Of a stretch of 36,576 nucleotides of DNA, positions 10,981 to 22,447 are shown one piece after another. The position numbers and the translations under genes are program-made. This DNA is from Octopus bimaculoides (Eukaryota): contig NC_068982.1 of NCBI RefSeq assembly GCF_001194135.2, positions 121,627,832 to 121,664,407 of the forward strand. Direction: 5' to 3'. How positions within the stretch are numbered: position 1 is the first letter of the stretch; the number at the start of each line of letters is the position of its first letter. The notes beneath the pieces are model-generated. The model searched no databases and was not told where the DNA came from. It was given only the letters and a program-made list of their open reading frames with translations.

Positions 10981-11198
10981 TCTTTCTAATCTTGGCACAA
11001 ATCTAGTAATTTTCAGAGAAGGATAGTTGATTNNNNNNNNNNCTCCAGTACTTTACTGGTACTTCACTGAAAGAGAAAAAAAAAAAAAAAAAAAAGAAAA
11101 ACGTTAATCGCGGCAAAATTTGAACTCAGAACGTAATGATCCGGAAGAAAGGACGTTAAGCATTCTTTTCGACGTGCTAACACATATGTCATCTCGCC
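10981..11198 (-). mobile_element. tRNA-derived SINE (family A), decayed; central domain replaced by an A-run
   Basis: Head ggcgagatgacat...ttagcacgtcgaaaagaatgcttaacg...ttctgagttcaaatttt and tail ...ttgtgccaagattagaaaga on the minus strand. The A-run at 11095 sits where the conserved core should be. Contains a 10-N gap. Confidence 0.7.
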
Positions 11199-13584
11199 AG
11201 CTAGAAACACTTTTTCCTGGTCTCTAACAATTGTACAATCCAGTGAGGAGTGATACATAATAATATATATAAATGCATCAACAGCGGATTGATACATAAC
11301 TAACATATTGTTTATATGTACAAGCATAGAAGTTAACGAAGGAGGTTCTATCGGCTTGCTCGATCTACCAGAAATTGCAGCCAAATTACAGCCCACCAGT
11401 CTTTATCAAGAAAGGACAAATAAAAGTATGACAAATAAGAGTATAAAAATTCATAAAAAGACGAGATGGTCATGGCTGAAATGCTTTCGTATACGCTTAA
11501 AATCTTGTTAACTCTCAATATATCTTGTTTGATTATTTGACTGAGTCAAAAGGAAGAAGGACCTCATTATTCATTACTTTTATCAGTCCTTCCAAGACCA
11601 GTGGAAATGATAAAGTACTCTCCGATCAGAGACTTTGCTCGTGTATTTAGAATAGATTGGTCTCCTCTAAAGTCACCCAAGTGCCATGCTGCAGTATTAA
11701 ACCCATAAGTAATAATGATTTCTCACGTTAGTGCAAAACCATATAGTTTAAAGGAGGGCTGTAATTGAATTAATCCTCCTTTCTATCTGGATTTAATCCT
11801 CCTTTCTACCTATTCTACTGGCATTGGGAGAATAAAAGTCAATTTCAACTGAGCCGACTTCTAGAACGTGCAATATCTTCAGTTCAGTGCTCTTCGGTGT
11901 TGGCTGTTTTATATGTGAAAGTAAGAAGATGACACATAAGTAAATAAAAAAAAAATAATAATTTAGAGTCAGTCTACATAAAAAGGAATTGTTAGTTTAA
12001 TGTTAACATATTTAATGTAAGGAGCTTAGTAGGAAGGAAGTAAAACAACGGTATTAGTCACTGGTAATATTTCCAATTTTTCCGTTGTACGAGAAATAAC
12101 TCCGTACATGTTTCAATATTATTCTGACTTCATCAGTGAAGTGTAGAATTCTTTACAGAATAAATATATCAATGGCACCATCTGCAAAAGAACTACATGA
12201 AAAATAATTTAACCTAATGTTATCATATTTAATGTAGAGGTAAGTAACTAAAGTTGACTTCATGAACGTGACATATAATAGAAAACTTGATAAATTAAAG
12301 AAATAAATACTCTGTATAGTTACTAGTTCTAAGATATCAATGTCAAACTACGTTATGAAGAGGTAAGCCGAAAGTTCTAACAGAAAATATTTCTTGTCCA
12401 ATTCTTTCATATTTCTCATTATTAACCGACCTTATAACTATATAAGACGGTAACTATATTTTACCGGAAAGGGAATGAGTGAGGAAGGCGTGAGGGTTAA
12501 AACATATCGGCAGTTCAAATCATCTCTCCAAGAAAACATTGATGTCACAAGAAAATTCAAGAGTTCAGTGTGTCATATAACATACAGAACATGAAAAATA
12601 AAATTGAGCTAAGGGAAATAGCTCAAATATATCTGTGGTATCGATTGAGATAAACCAATCCATGCTTTTTAATTTATTTGAGTTATTTCCCTAAACTAAT
12701 TTTATTATTATTATTATTATTATTATACAAACTACTGCTGCAAAAACAATTTGTAAACCAATGGCCCTATATATGTTCAATATGCTACTAGTTGAGACAG
12801 AATCATGGTAATGTTAGATCCGTAAATTACACCTAGATTTTCAACCATTAGTTTGAAAATATCAAAACAACCTTCACTCTTGTGGAAGTGTATAGCAACG
12901 GAGAAAACAAATTTCTACTCTTCAAGTTCATATTTAGATGTCATTCTCCGAAAAGTGATTACATAAGATCGATTTGTTTCAGTTATCCTCCCTCGTTTTA
13001 AGTGATATAGCGTTCTCTCCTACATCTCTTAATATCGATGTATCAGGTTTTAATTCACTACCCATGGAGCTTTTAACAATATAAAAATATATTTGATCAC
13101 CTAGAAGAACGGTGTAGGGCGAGCAAATATAAAATGTTCTGATAGCTATCATAATGTTCCCATAAAAAATAGCATTAAAGGAGACATTTTAGCAATCTAA
13201 CCCTTTAGGTTAAAAACAATGTGTATTTGAGCTGAACAAAAACCAAATGTCACCAGCTACTTTCATATTAACAATGAAGGGCTAAAAGCATATTTAATGT
13301 TTTTTATCATTAAAAGCCGAAAATAAGATCAAACCCGTGGTAAAACAAAATAATATTTGATAACAAATGTTTTCTTTTTCCTCGATAGTTACGGGAGACA
13401 GTTCTTAATATTGCTAGTCATCATATGTTGCTGACGTATTAACGATCAAATTCTTAAATAACAGAAAACTGGTGGGGAGTGCGCGAATTACTGAAAATAT
13501 GTTTGTGTTACGCCATTTGCATGATAATCTTTGAGTTGTCATCCTTATTTGTTAGGTCAAAGAATAATGTTTATCAACTTCAAA

Positions 13585-13682
<98 letters not shown>

Positions 13683-13730
13683 GCTAGATAGATAGATAAC
13701 TATGTATGTATGTATGTATGTATGTAGGTA
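13585..13730. repeat. Compound (TATC)n-(TAAC)n-(TAGA)n-(TATG)n microsatellite
   Basis: Visible stepwise change of the tetranucleotide unit. Confidence 0.95.
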
Positions 13731-13844
13731 TGTCATTATTCAGTTTTATTTCAAGATTTCTTGTCAATAGAAAAGGAATCGGTTTCGAATCTACATCCGA
13801 GGCTCCTTCACTGGAATTTCAACAATATCAACAGGGTATTTTTG
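13729..13844 (-). mobile_element. 115-bp interspersed element (family X) in TATG-rich context; probable retroposon 3' end
   Basis: Clearly homologous to 20099-20213 (tgtcatt.ttca.ttttatttcaagattt...ggctccttca.tggaatttcaac...aca.ggtattttg). The minus strand ends in (ACAT)n. Confidence 0.7.
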
Positions 13845-13976
13845 CATATATGTGTATATGTGCAGTATTTGGAGTCGGTGCATATGCAAATTTGTACACT
13901 TTATTTTATGAATGGATTTCCATGTATATATTTGCATGTCTAGCCATGCGCAAATATACTTAAATGTACATATGCA

Positions 13977-14210
13977 CGAGGTCTGATCAATAAGTATCCA
14001 GATTGCTGCCATAGTAACGACGCTAAAGCACTAAGCGTGAAGCCGCTTGGCACAGATTGACCGTAAACTCTGCTGTACATGCGCAGGAAATTTTAACGTT
14101 CCAGCTCACTTCGCGCTGCTTACAGCAGTGCTTGGAAGGAACGTGTAAAACGTGCGATCGTCGCATTGACCATGACAGAGAAAGTTGCCATGGCGATACC
14201 TGCTCAGAGG
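13977..14210 (+). mobile_element. Mariner-like 5' fragment (TIR, 5' UTR and truncated transposase start)
   Basis: Starts cgaggtctgatcaataagtatcc (mariner-type TIR) and is homologous to the inverted copy at 19760-20095. atgacagagaaagttg is the putative start. Confidence 0.75.
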
Positions 14211-14620
14211 CACATAATGTTTAGGCAAGCAACGGGCCAAGTTTTCTGCAACTCGGTGGTTTCATTTTTGGTTACAAGATTCATTAGTGCTATAACAAGC
14301 TAATTTGGTATGTCATTCTGGCCATGATTCTGGTTCTTTTGAATATACATATTAATCGCTTTCTGTAGAAGTTCAGTAGCTTATACCCGTATCCAAGTAT
14401 TATGTCTCTTCCAGGTACTTTCCCATTACGTGGTTTGCTTACAACTATGGTGAAAGTTTCGTGGTCGATTGTGTATGTTTCAAGACTGATGTTGATACAG
14501 CATTCTTTTCCTCAAGTTTTGTTTTCCTTCTTGGTTGTTTTTGTTTAGTAATTTCATTAACTCGTCTACTACAGGTTTCATCTAGATGCTCATTAAGAAT
14601 ATGTATAGGAAGGTATTAAT
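14211..14620 (-). pseudogene. Non-LTR retrotransposon reverse transcriptase N-terminal fragment, R4/Dong-like
   Basis: The minus strand gives KPRNGKVPGRDIILGYGYKLLNFYRKRL (compare NWKAPGxDxIxxYWYK) and, downstream, KNETTELQKTWPVACLNIM (compare KNYRPIACLNxMYK, the first RT motif). Confidence 0.7.
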
Positions 14621-15639
14621 TATCCAGTAATTAACATCACGTGATTCTGTATACCCTTCATTAACATCAGCAATGACTTATAACAGAATAGCAGTTTTCT
14701 TTTTCTTTAATCTCATAAAGAATAACCTATCGCTCAATGACATCTTTGAAAACTATGCACGTTTGTAATGTATGTGTGTGTGTGCGTGTGTATGTATGTA
14801 TGTAAGACATCTATCACTCGAAGGTGGCTGTTTTTACACCAGAAAATTCCTCTCTAGGACGCAGGTCTGTGCAGGTTTATGTAATTTGGCACTATTACCT
14901 AAGCAAGTTAACTCAGAACTTATAGAATTGGAACAAAAACAGCAATAAAAGTTCCATCAATTGACTGTCCTCGATTGTTGCTTATTTATCGATCTCAGAA
15001 CAATGAAAGGCAATATTTTTCCATACCACAGGGATTTTCAGGGATTATCTCTAAATGTATAACATTGTAAATAACTCGATTAAACAGAAAATTCTTTCAC
15101 TTGATTATTTTTCTGTTTCTTGCGTGTTTCCAACATGTTTAGCACGATTGTAAAATTCTTTTAACAACATCATCAATATTTTGTTAGTTATATCAAGAAT
15201 TATTTTCTATCATGCATAACATTGTGTCACAGTTACACTAGTATTAGACTTCTGTTTCTATGTAGAATTTTCCAGAATTAAGAATGATAGACTTGACTCA
15301 AGCTGATTCATTGAAATATTCATACACACAATGAACCATATAACAATGAGATACTATTAATAGAACTACTGTTAATAGACTGTCCGAGTAAGCACAAGAC
15401 AATATACTTATATATTTACTATTTGATGATGATGTATTTTTTATTGCTCTGAAACATTATATTGCAAATATTATAAGAGCAGTGTTTTACAAATATTCAA
15501 GTAGGTTGTGTTTTGAAAACTGTAATGGTTGTACAAGATTAGAAATAAGAATCACAGTTTTTCAATATTCTGCTCATGTCACGTGTGCTTCCCTTGAGTA
15601 ATTAATGTTAGTGTTTCATCGTTATAGATATGATGATGT

Positions 15640-17210
15640 CTTCTAAACATTGAAATATGTCCCCTGACTCCCTTTGTTATGTGTGGACATCACATTGAAT
15701 CAAAACCAGTCTAATGTGCTATTTACTTAATATAATGTAGCGCATGAAAAGTGCTTCAACACACTCTTTGGCGACCAGGACAAACCACGGACTCCTCATG
15801 TAATCTATGGTTGTTGATTTTCTGTACTGGAGGGATGGATGCATGGCCGTAGGAAATGCATGCCATTTACAATTCCAAGAATTTGTCAAGAAGTGATAGA
15901 TGATCTTGACGACTGTGATTTTTGTTAGTTATAAAGGTTCTGGCGATAGAAAGAAACCGATCTGTCCAAGCATCTTGCCTTCAAGTGACATATAGCGAAA
16001 GACCGACTATTCAAACTCGACTAACTTTTGAATCCAAACATGAAGCTGAAATCAAAACATCGGATCATGATGATTACTGGAAAGAAGTGGAAGCAGCAAG
16101 ATTATGTAAAGAACCCCGCTTTCTAAACCAGAATTTTTTGAAATCCTAGCAGACTTGAACGTCACCAAATCAGGTGTAGAACTGTTGACGTCCATACTGA
16201 GAACATGGGACCTAAAGAATGCAAAGATGATAATTTCGACGTACCAAACACGGCATAAAGCTATTGCATATTTGTATTCATTGCTTGAATTGCTGTACTT
16301 CTGTATGAATGTAAGATGTCTGTTTGGAGCGATTAGTTTTAGATACCAGCCAGATCAATGACGATTTTTTATTGATACCTCGACAATAAATCTTAAATAA
16401 GTGTCACTTTACAAGTGCAACCAGTTTCCATCTATCTCTGTCGGCCACGTTGTGTTATTGAAAGAATATGTCCAAAATATATAGTCTTGCTCGGAAAGGT
16501 AAAATATGACGACTAAAGTGGAATGATTGTGGTAATTTCAATATTAGGGATTCTTGCTCGGATTGCAGTGGAGGGATAAACTAAGCATCTTTGCTTTATT
16601 TTGCAGGGGTTAACAAAAATAGAGAAAACGTGAAACGAGAATGGCAAAAAAGATCATCCATGCAATCGAGCCCCAAAAATGTAAAGCACAATGCGTGCTC
16701 TTGTATCGGTTGAAACAAATCTATCTGACTGCTTTCCCTAAAGCTTGTCTGATGAACCAATTCTTCACAGCCTCAGATAGGTATGGTGAAGCTTATGCCA
16801 ATATATGAACAATGTTTCTGGAATTTTCAGATGCAGAATAAGCAGCCGGTGATTGTTGGACCACGTTTGAATCAGATGCTTGCATCTAAAACTTTGAATG
16901 TATAAATAACGGTAGTGGCGAAAACAACGTGGAATGCATTCAAGAACGTTGTCCATTGGCTTTTGGGCAATAACAAAGTTGAAAATTACAAAGCTCTCAT
17001 AGAAGTGTTAGATGCAAAATATCACTTAAGCTGCACTATTTACATTTCAACTTTTGGAATTTTTCATATTTAATCTCGGTGTTGTGTCAGAAGAGCAAAG
17101 TGAACGGTTCCATCAGGTTACACAGTTGCTGGAGAAGTGAGCGACATAAGAGAAGGTAGAATGAAACGATGGTAGGTGATTACATTTTTGGAAATTGCTT
17201 CCAAAAGATA
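15640..17210 (+). pseudogene. Decayed DDE cut-and-paste transposase, best recalled match Chapaev3 (CMC superfamily)
   Basis: Colinear frameshifted motifs: PDSLCYV (about 15662); GDQDKPRTPHVI (15770); LEGWMHGRRKCMPFTIPRI..DDCDFC; KSGVELLTSILRTWDL; RFFIDTS (D at 16374); WNDCGNF (second D mutated to N, 16534); AWNAFKNVV-like plus LGNNKVENY; NLGVVSEEQSERFHQ (17072-17116); MVGDY. Termini not confidently identified. Confidence 0.75.
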
Positions 17211-17596
17211 GGTGAGGTCACAAGAGACAATGACGGTGAAATGTTCATTTCTGATTGTATTATATTTTCTATGTGCTGTACCACCACAGTTATTTATAAT
17301 TTTGTTGCATTATTCATAGTCGATGTAATACGATTTTTATATGTTATTTTGCGTTGCTGAGTTGCAATAAGCTGTACTATAAATATTGCGTGCTAATGAT
17401 TATTATGCAAATCTTTGTTGGTATAAAATAAAACTTATGAGATTTTTGTATTAAGCATGACAAACTTTATAGAAAAATACAAAAAATTGAGCAAAATAGA
17501 ACTTCCATAAAAATCTGTTACTTCATGTAATCACTCTCGGATTATAATTAGTTGAATATGTGGTCAGTGCCTCTTTAATTAGATAGGATGGTCTGA

Positions 17597-17860
17597 AGAC
17601 AAGCTGACGGGGGAACGATTATTCGCTCGACTGTCTAGAAACAGCAGTCACCAAACCAAATGTGAATGCCTTCTTACAAAGAAAAAAGAAAAAAAAAACA
17701 GAAAGAAAACAAATAGGATAATCTAGTCTATCAACTTAAGGAACATTAGCTCGTTAACTGCATCGTTAATCTGACCTAGACGTACAGAAAATATAAAGGT
17801 TATCGCTGACGTCTTCAATTATCGCTGATGTCTTCAATTAACCCAAAGTTAAACAACAAA
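17597..17860 (+). repeat. Family D interspersed repeat
   Basis: cgctcgactgtctagaaacagcag... ending in aaacaacaaa; contains an internal 19-bp tandem duplication at about 17800-17840. Confidence 0.55.
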
Positions 17861-18122
17861 AGCAACTGAATACTTCGAACACAAAAAAATTGAACGAAGA
17901 TCAAATACAAAATAAAAACAAAAAACAAAAAACAAAAATATTTCTTTGTTATTACTTGTCTTAATGTTGAAGATTTTTAACATGATTTGACATTGATAAT
18001 ACATTTCGCAATGGTTGAAGAAACGAAACTGTAGTTAAATGATAACACATAAAGATGAAAACTATATCGCAGTCATTGGTGTGTTGAAGGTATAACTTTT
18101 GTTGCAATGGCGTTCTTTGAGG

Positions 18123-18290
18123 TTATTGTTGTTTATACCGGGACAACTCTAATCGAGCAGACTCATAATTAAAAACGTACCAACAGTGACACTGTCAATC
18201 TATGACTGCATTATTAAACGACTCCTTTCACTTATTAAGATGGTACAACGTATTGCACGCGGAATTAGCTGCTGGCTGCAGCACTTTGAG
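18123..18290 (-). repeat. Family D interspersed repeat
   Basis: gttgtttataccgggacaactctaatcgagcagactcataattaaa...ttaagatggtac...; opposite orientation to the 17597 copy. Confidence 0.55.
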
Positions 18291-18430
18291 AGGCAGTGTT
18301 TCTAACAGAGTCTGAATATAAACTGAAATCAAGAGAACAATTAGAATCTGTGGAGACCATTAACCATCTGTGTCAGTAGGGCGCTGTCTGAAATATCAGA
18401 AGTAGCATTTATTTCCGAGTCCCGAATATA

Positions 18431-19627
18431 CGAGTGCCGGCTGAAAAGTTCATAGGCTGATCAAGACACTCTCATAGAATGTGGCCAAATGAGGCTTATT
18501 TTTCAATATAATCCCCTCTGCGGTCCATCGGTGTTGCAATGTTTATCCCGTTGGTAAAGGAGCTTTTATCCTGTTGATCATAAAAGTCATCAACAATAGA
18601 TATGACGTCATCATCACTGCGATACTAATCCCCATCCAAGTGCTTTTTCATGTTAGATACAGCTAAATAAGGAGCATAAGGAGGATGATCAGCCGGTTCG
18701 AAGCCATAGTCACACACAGCAGCCATTGAAACCTAGGATTTATACACTGGAGCATTGTCTAAAGATGAAACAAGAACCCCTTCGTCAGTTTTCCTGGACG
18801 TTTGCTCTCTATAGACTTTCGTAGCTGTCTCAGCAAGTTAGAATAGCACTTTACATTGATAGTCAATAAACACGACGCCTTTTTGCATCCTGCAGATGAA
18901 ACGACCTTGGCCTTCTTTGCAACATAAATTGTCACTTTTTCTCTGGCTCGAAGTATTGAAGCTAACAATCATCCTGGCTTAGGAAACGTCCAAGGAAACC
19001 AGTAGGATCTGCTTGAAACATTGTCAGATTTTCCCGTGATGTAATCAGCCTGGTGCGCTATTGATCAGGTGTCAGAAGGCGTGGTACCCACCGTGTTATC
19101 CACCGAGCAGAAACCTTCGTTATGCCAAATTTATCGTGCAGAATATTCTCATCCTCCTCACAGGATATGCTATAGCGTTGACTATTTGATTTATAGTCAA
19201 TCGCCTGTCATCCATCACCATGTGATGAACACAATCAATGTGTTCCGCAGTGTTGCCAGGATGTCCAAACCTTAAGTCATCTTCAGGATTCTCCGTTCCC
19301 CTCTAAAATTCAATTTCCCACTTTTGCACTGTTGATAAAGTTGGAGAGTATCCTTCTAATGTAGTAACTTTGTCAACATGAGTGTCCTGGGACGCCAAAA
19401 CCTTTTTCTACAGGTACTTGATAACACGAGGATACCAAATTTTACCCATTTCAAGAGAAGCCGCTACTAGTTACTTTTGAAGTCTTCTTGGAACAGTCAA
19501 ATGTCAATTTACCTGGAAAGAAACAATGCAACTATTTATAAGAAGATTTGAAATTAATGCATGCAAGACTTCACATCTGTAGCATCGCCCCTTCAAAGTC
19601 AGTCTAGGGAATTTTCAGCCCATCACG
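18431..19627 (-). mobile_element. Near full-length mariner transposon (irritans-like), TA TSDs, defective transposase at about 19449 to 18496
   Basis: TA|cgagtgccggctgaaaagttcataggct at the left end and agtctagggaattttcagcccatcacg|TA at the right form imperfect TIRs. Minus-strand translation: MGKIWYPRVIKYL*KK..TLSTVQKWEIEF..EDD; RFLSQDD (first D); KKAKVVSSAG; LLRQLRKSIESKRPGKLTKG; DNAPVYKS; DHPPYAP; DRRGDYIEK*. Multiple stops and small deletions. Confidence 0.93.
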
Positions 19628-19669
19628 TATGTTATATAACGAATAATATACTGAAGTCATTCTTTATCC

Positions 19670-19735
19670 CAAGGTCAGCATTGATCAAGAAAACATGACT
19701 GGAGATATTTCTAGAGAGAGACTATCCTACCCTTT
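19670..19735 (-). repeat. Family D repeat fragment
   Basis: tttatcccaaggtcagcattgatcaag...catgactggagatatttc...gactatcc. Confidence 0.45.
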
Positions 19736-19759
19736 TTTTTATATATCAAGTATAAAATA

Positions 19760-20095
19760 GCGTCAATATCGACATTATTTCAGCCGTCTTGGAAACGTCT
19801 GAGCCACTAGTACACTTGTGTGCGGCTCATACACTTTTCTCCATATCCTTTCTGCAACTTTGCGCAGGCCTCTGAGCAGGTATCGCCATGACAACTTTCT
19901 CTGACATGGTCAATTCGACGATCACACGCTACACACGTTCCTTCCAAGCATTGCTGTAAACAGCGCGAAGTGAGGTAGAACGTCAAAGCTTTGTGCGCAT
20001 GCACAGCAGAGTTCAATCTGTGCCAAACGGCTTCACTCTGTGTACTGTAGCTTCATTACTATGGCAACAGTCCGGATATTTATTGATCAGACCTC
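19760..20095 (-). mobile_element. Mariner-like 5' fragment, same family as 13977-14210
   Basis: The reverse complement starts gaggtctgatcaataaatatccggactg and encodes GDTCSEACAKLQKGYGEKCMSRTQVY*WLRRFQDG*NNVDID, a mariner N-terminal HTH region. TA at 20096-20097. Confidence 0.82.
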
Positions 20096-20098
20096 TAT

Positions 20099-20213
20099 GT
20101 ATGTCATTGTTCATTTTTATTTCAAGATTTCTGACCAATAGAGAAAGAGTCGGGTTTCTAACCTTGAACCAAAGCTCCTTCATTGGAATTTCAACATCAA
20201 CAGAGTATTTTTG
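20099..20213 (-). mobile_element. Family X element, second copy, followed by (TATG)n
   Basis: Homologous to 13729-13844. Confidence 0.7.
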
Positions 20214-20879
20214 TATGTATGTATGTATGTATGTATGCGTGCAGATTATGTATGTATGTATGTATATTCTGTTGAGAAAATTTGAGACGTATACGATGTT
20301 GGATACTTATACGATTCCTGAATTACAATACAGAGAAACCTAATCTATTCAAAGGTAAACAGACAAAGATTCCTACTAGGTTTTTATACTGTTCAGTTAC
20401 TATTCAAGATAATAAATCAATTTGAGGATGTGTTGATAAAATAATCTGATTATTAGAATTAAGGTGAGATATAATACTTCAACTAATATTCCAAGGAATA
20501 TATGTATTTAGAAACAAAAACATTCTCGTGAATAGAAATTCTAAAATTGCTTTATATCCAGTTTCCAAGCTAGTAGGATAGAATATTAGGAGATAACTAC
20601 AATTCTCTAAATCGTAAAGAATACACAAACTATAAGAAATCATAGGAACTCAACAATTAAACACACGTTTACAAAGCAACAATGAACAGAATTCAGAAAC
20701 CAAATGGTTTCTATAGATACAACTAACACAATGCGAATTAGTAATAAACATACACACATATACGCATGCACACATATATATGCATTCACAATAACTCTTA
20801 CGCATTCTGACATACATATACACATATATAAAACAGACACATACTCTCACACCAGAACACACTTAGACTAAATGAAAAG

Positions 20880-21085
20880 CAAACCGAGTTAAATGGAAGT
20901 CATAACAACCCCACAACAAAAGATGATTTAGAAAATATAATAGAAATGATAAAGCAAAAGATAAACAAGGAAAACTGAACGAGTATTGATGGAAGAAGAC
21001 CTAAACATAAATAGCACCTCATCGATGGAGAACAAAGAAATGATGAAAATAACCAACGAAGCAACACAAGTAAATCTTCAGGATT

Positions 21086-21121
<36 letters not shown>

Positions 21122-21400
21122 TAGACGCAAGCAAAATTGCAATGTAGAACAACTAATATGTGTAAACACTCCAGGCAATATAAGAAAACATTTGATAGGT
21201 AGCAAGAAGGTGGAGGAACGGGCAATAAAAACAATCAGACAGTATGGAAAACTGTAATACTATTAACAGAAATCCAAGATCAACATTCGTAAATGAAAAG
21301 GTGGAAGAGTTACATAAGAACAATGAAATATAGCAGAAATAACAGAAAAACTAGAGCAACTAATTATCGCAGAAGCCCAAAGCATCAAATGTTTTCATAT
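20880..21400 (+). mobile_element. Possible old LINE remnant (A-rich strand)
   Basis: Strong A/purine skew. One frame gives VLMEEDLNIN, weakly like the AP-endonuclease GDFN motif. No other motif confirmed. Confidence 0.25.
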
Positions 21401-22106
21401 GTAACATAAACAGTTAGTTCGATTAAAATAAATGTGAAGAATATGGGGGAAATGCTTCATTGTAAGAAAGAACTCGGTGTTTAAAACAGAGTATTGAATA
21501 GTTAGATTTATTCATATTTTTACAACATGGCCATAGTGTTTCAGCAAAGTACGTATATTTTAAGATCCATCAGAGACTAAAAAGAACTCGCTTCACACCC
21601 ATTTGTGGCTGGTTTCGATCGTACTACGCGTCACTTCTGCAAGTTTCCTTCAATAGCCTCTGCTTGTGAACGGGATTCGGTACGATTATGCAGCATGTGT
21701 GTGTGTATGTATGTGTACATTGCATGTATATATATTCTGATCGAATCGTCCGTGTGTTGACATGTACCTCCTTACGACAATGTAAACTTCATTTAATCAA
21801 GATACCCTTCGCCTGCAGTATACACCTCGCTTGAATATTTAACACTTCCGAGGTTCCGCTCACTAAGAAACATGTAGCCCGATATCTACTCCATTCCTTA
21901 ACTTTTGTAATTCATTCGCATACCTGGCAACCCTGACTGCCTACCTTGAAATATAAAACGTTTTTTCAGCTTACCATATTTCGATATGGAAAAAATCCAC
22001 AGCTTTTCGCCTCAATAAACCACTATTGTTCCTAAAAGTTTTTTTTTTAATATTTTCTGCGGTTTATTTGAAGCTAACCTTCTTCATACACTTCGATCCT
22101 TGGATC

Positions 22107-22143
<37 letters not shown>

Positions 22144-22344
22144 TATAAAATTTAAAATTTAAAAATAGGATAAAATCTTTATAAGAATTTATCAAGTAGT
22201 CAGCGTGAAAAACTTCATAAGGGGAAAACTTTTAACTATTCCCTTTGAATTTATTTATCTATATTAAAGGCAATACTATACATAAATGCCTCACGCTATG
22301 ATGGACTCTTAAAGTCAAAACTGCCATAATAAATACAGTATACC

Positions 22345-22447
22345 GAACGCGAGGGAAATGCAACTCTCGAAGCGAGCTCCTTAAATGATCTGCGGTTGAA
22401 TCTGTTTTTAATGAGCTCGCTTCGAGAGTTGCATTTCCCTCGCGTTC
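22345..22447. repeat. Perfect inverted repeat: 35-bp arms, 33-nt spacer
   Basis: 22345-22379 (gaacgcgagggaaatgcaactctcgaagcgagctc) is the exact reverse complement of 22413-22447. The right arm runs into a gap. Confidence 0.95.

Noticed and set aside
12240-12330. Penelope-like RT motif (KVDFMNVTYN)
   Set aside because: A single short motif with no supporting colinear motifs.
21560-22109. DNA transposon bounded by TAAGATCCA...TGGATCTTA
   Set aside because: Only a 9-bp inverted match in AT-rich DNA, with no TSD or internal support.
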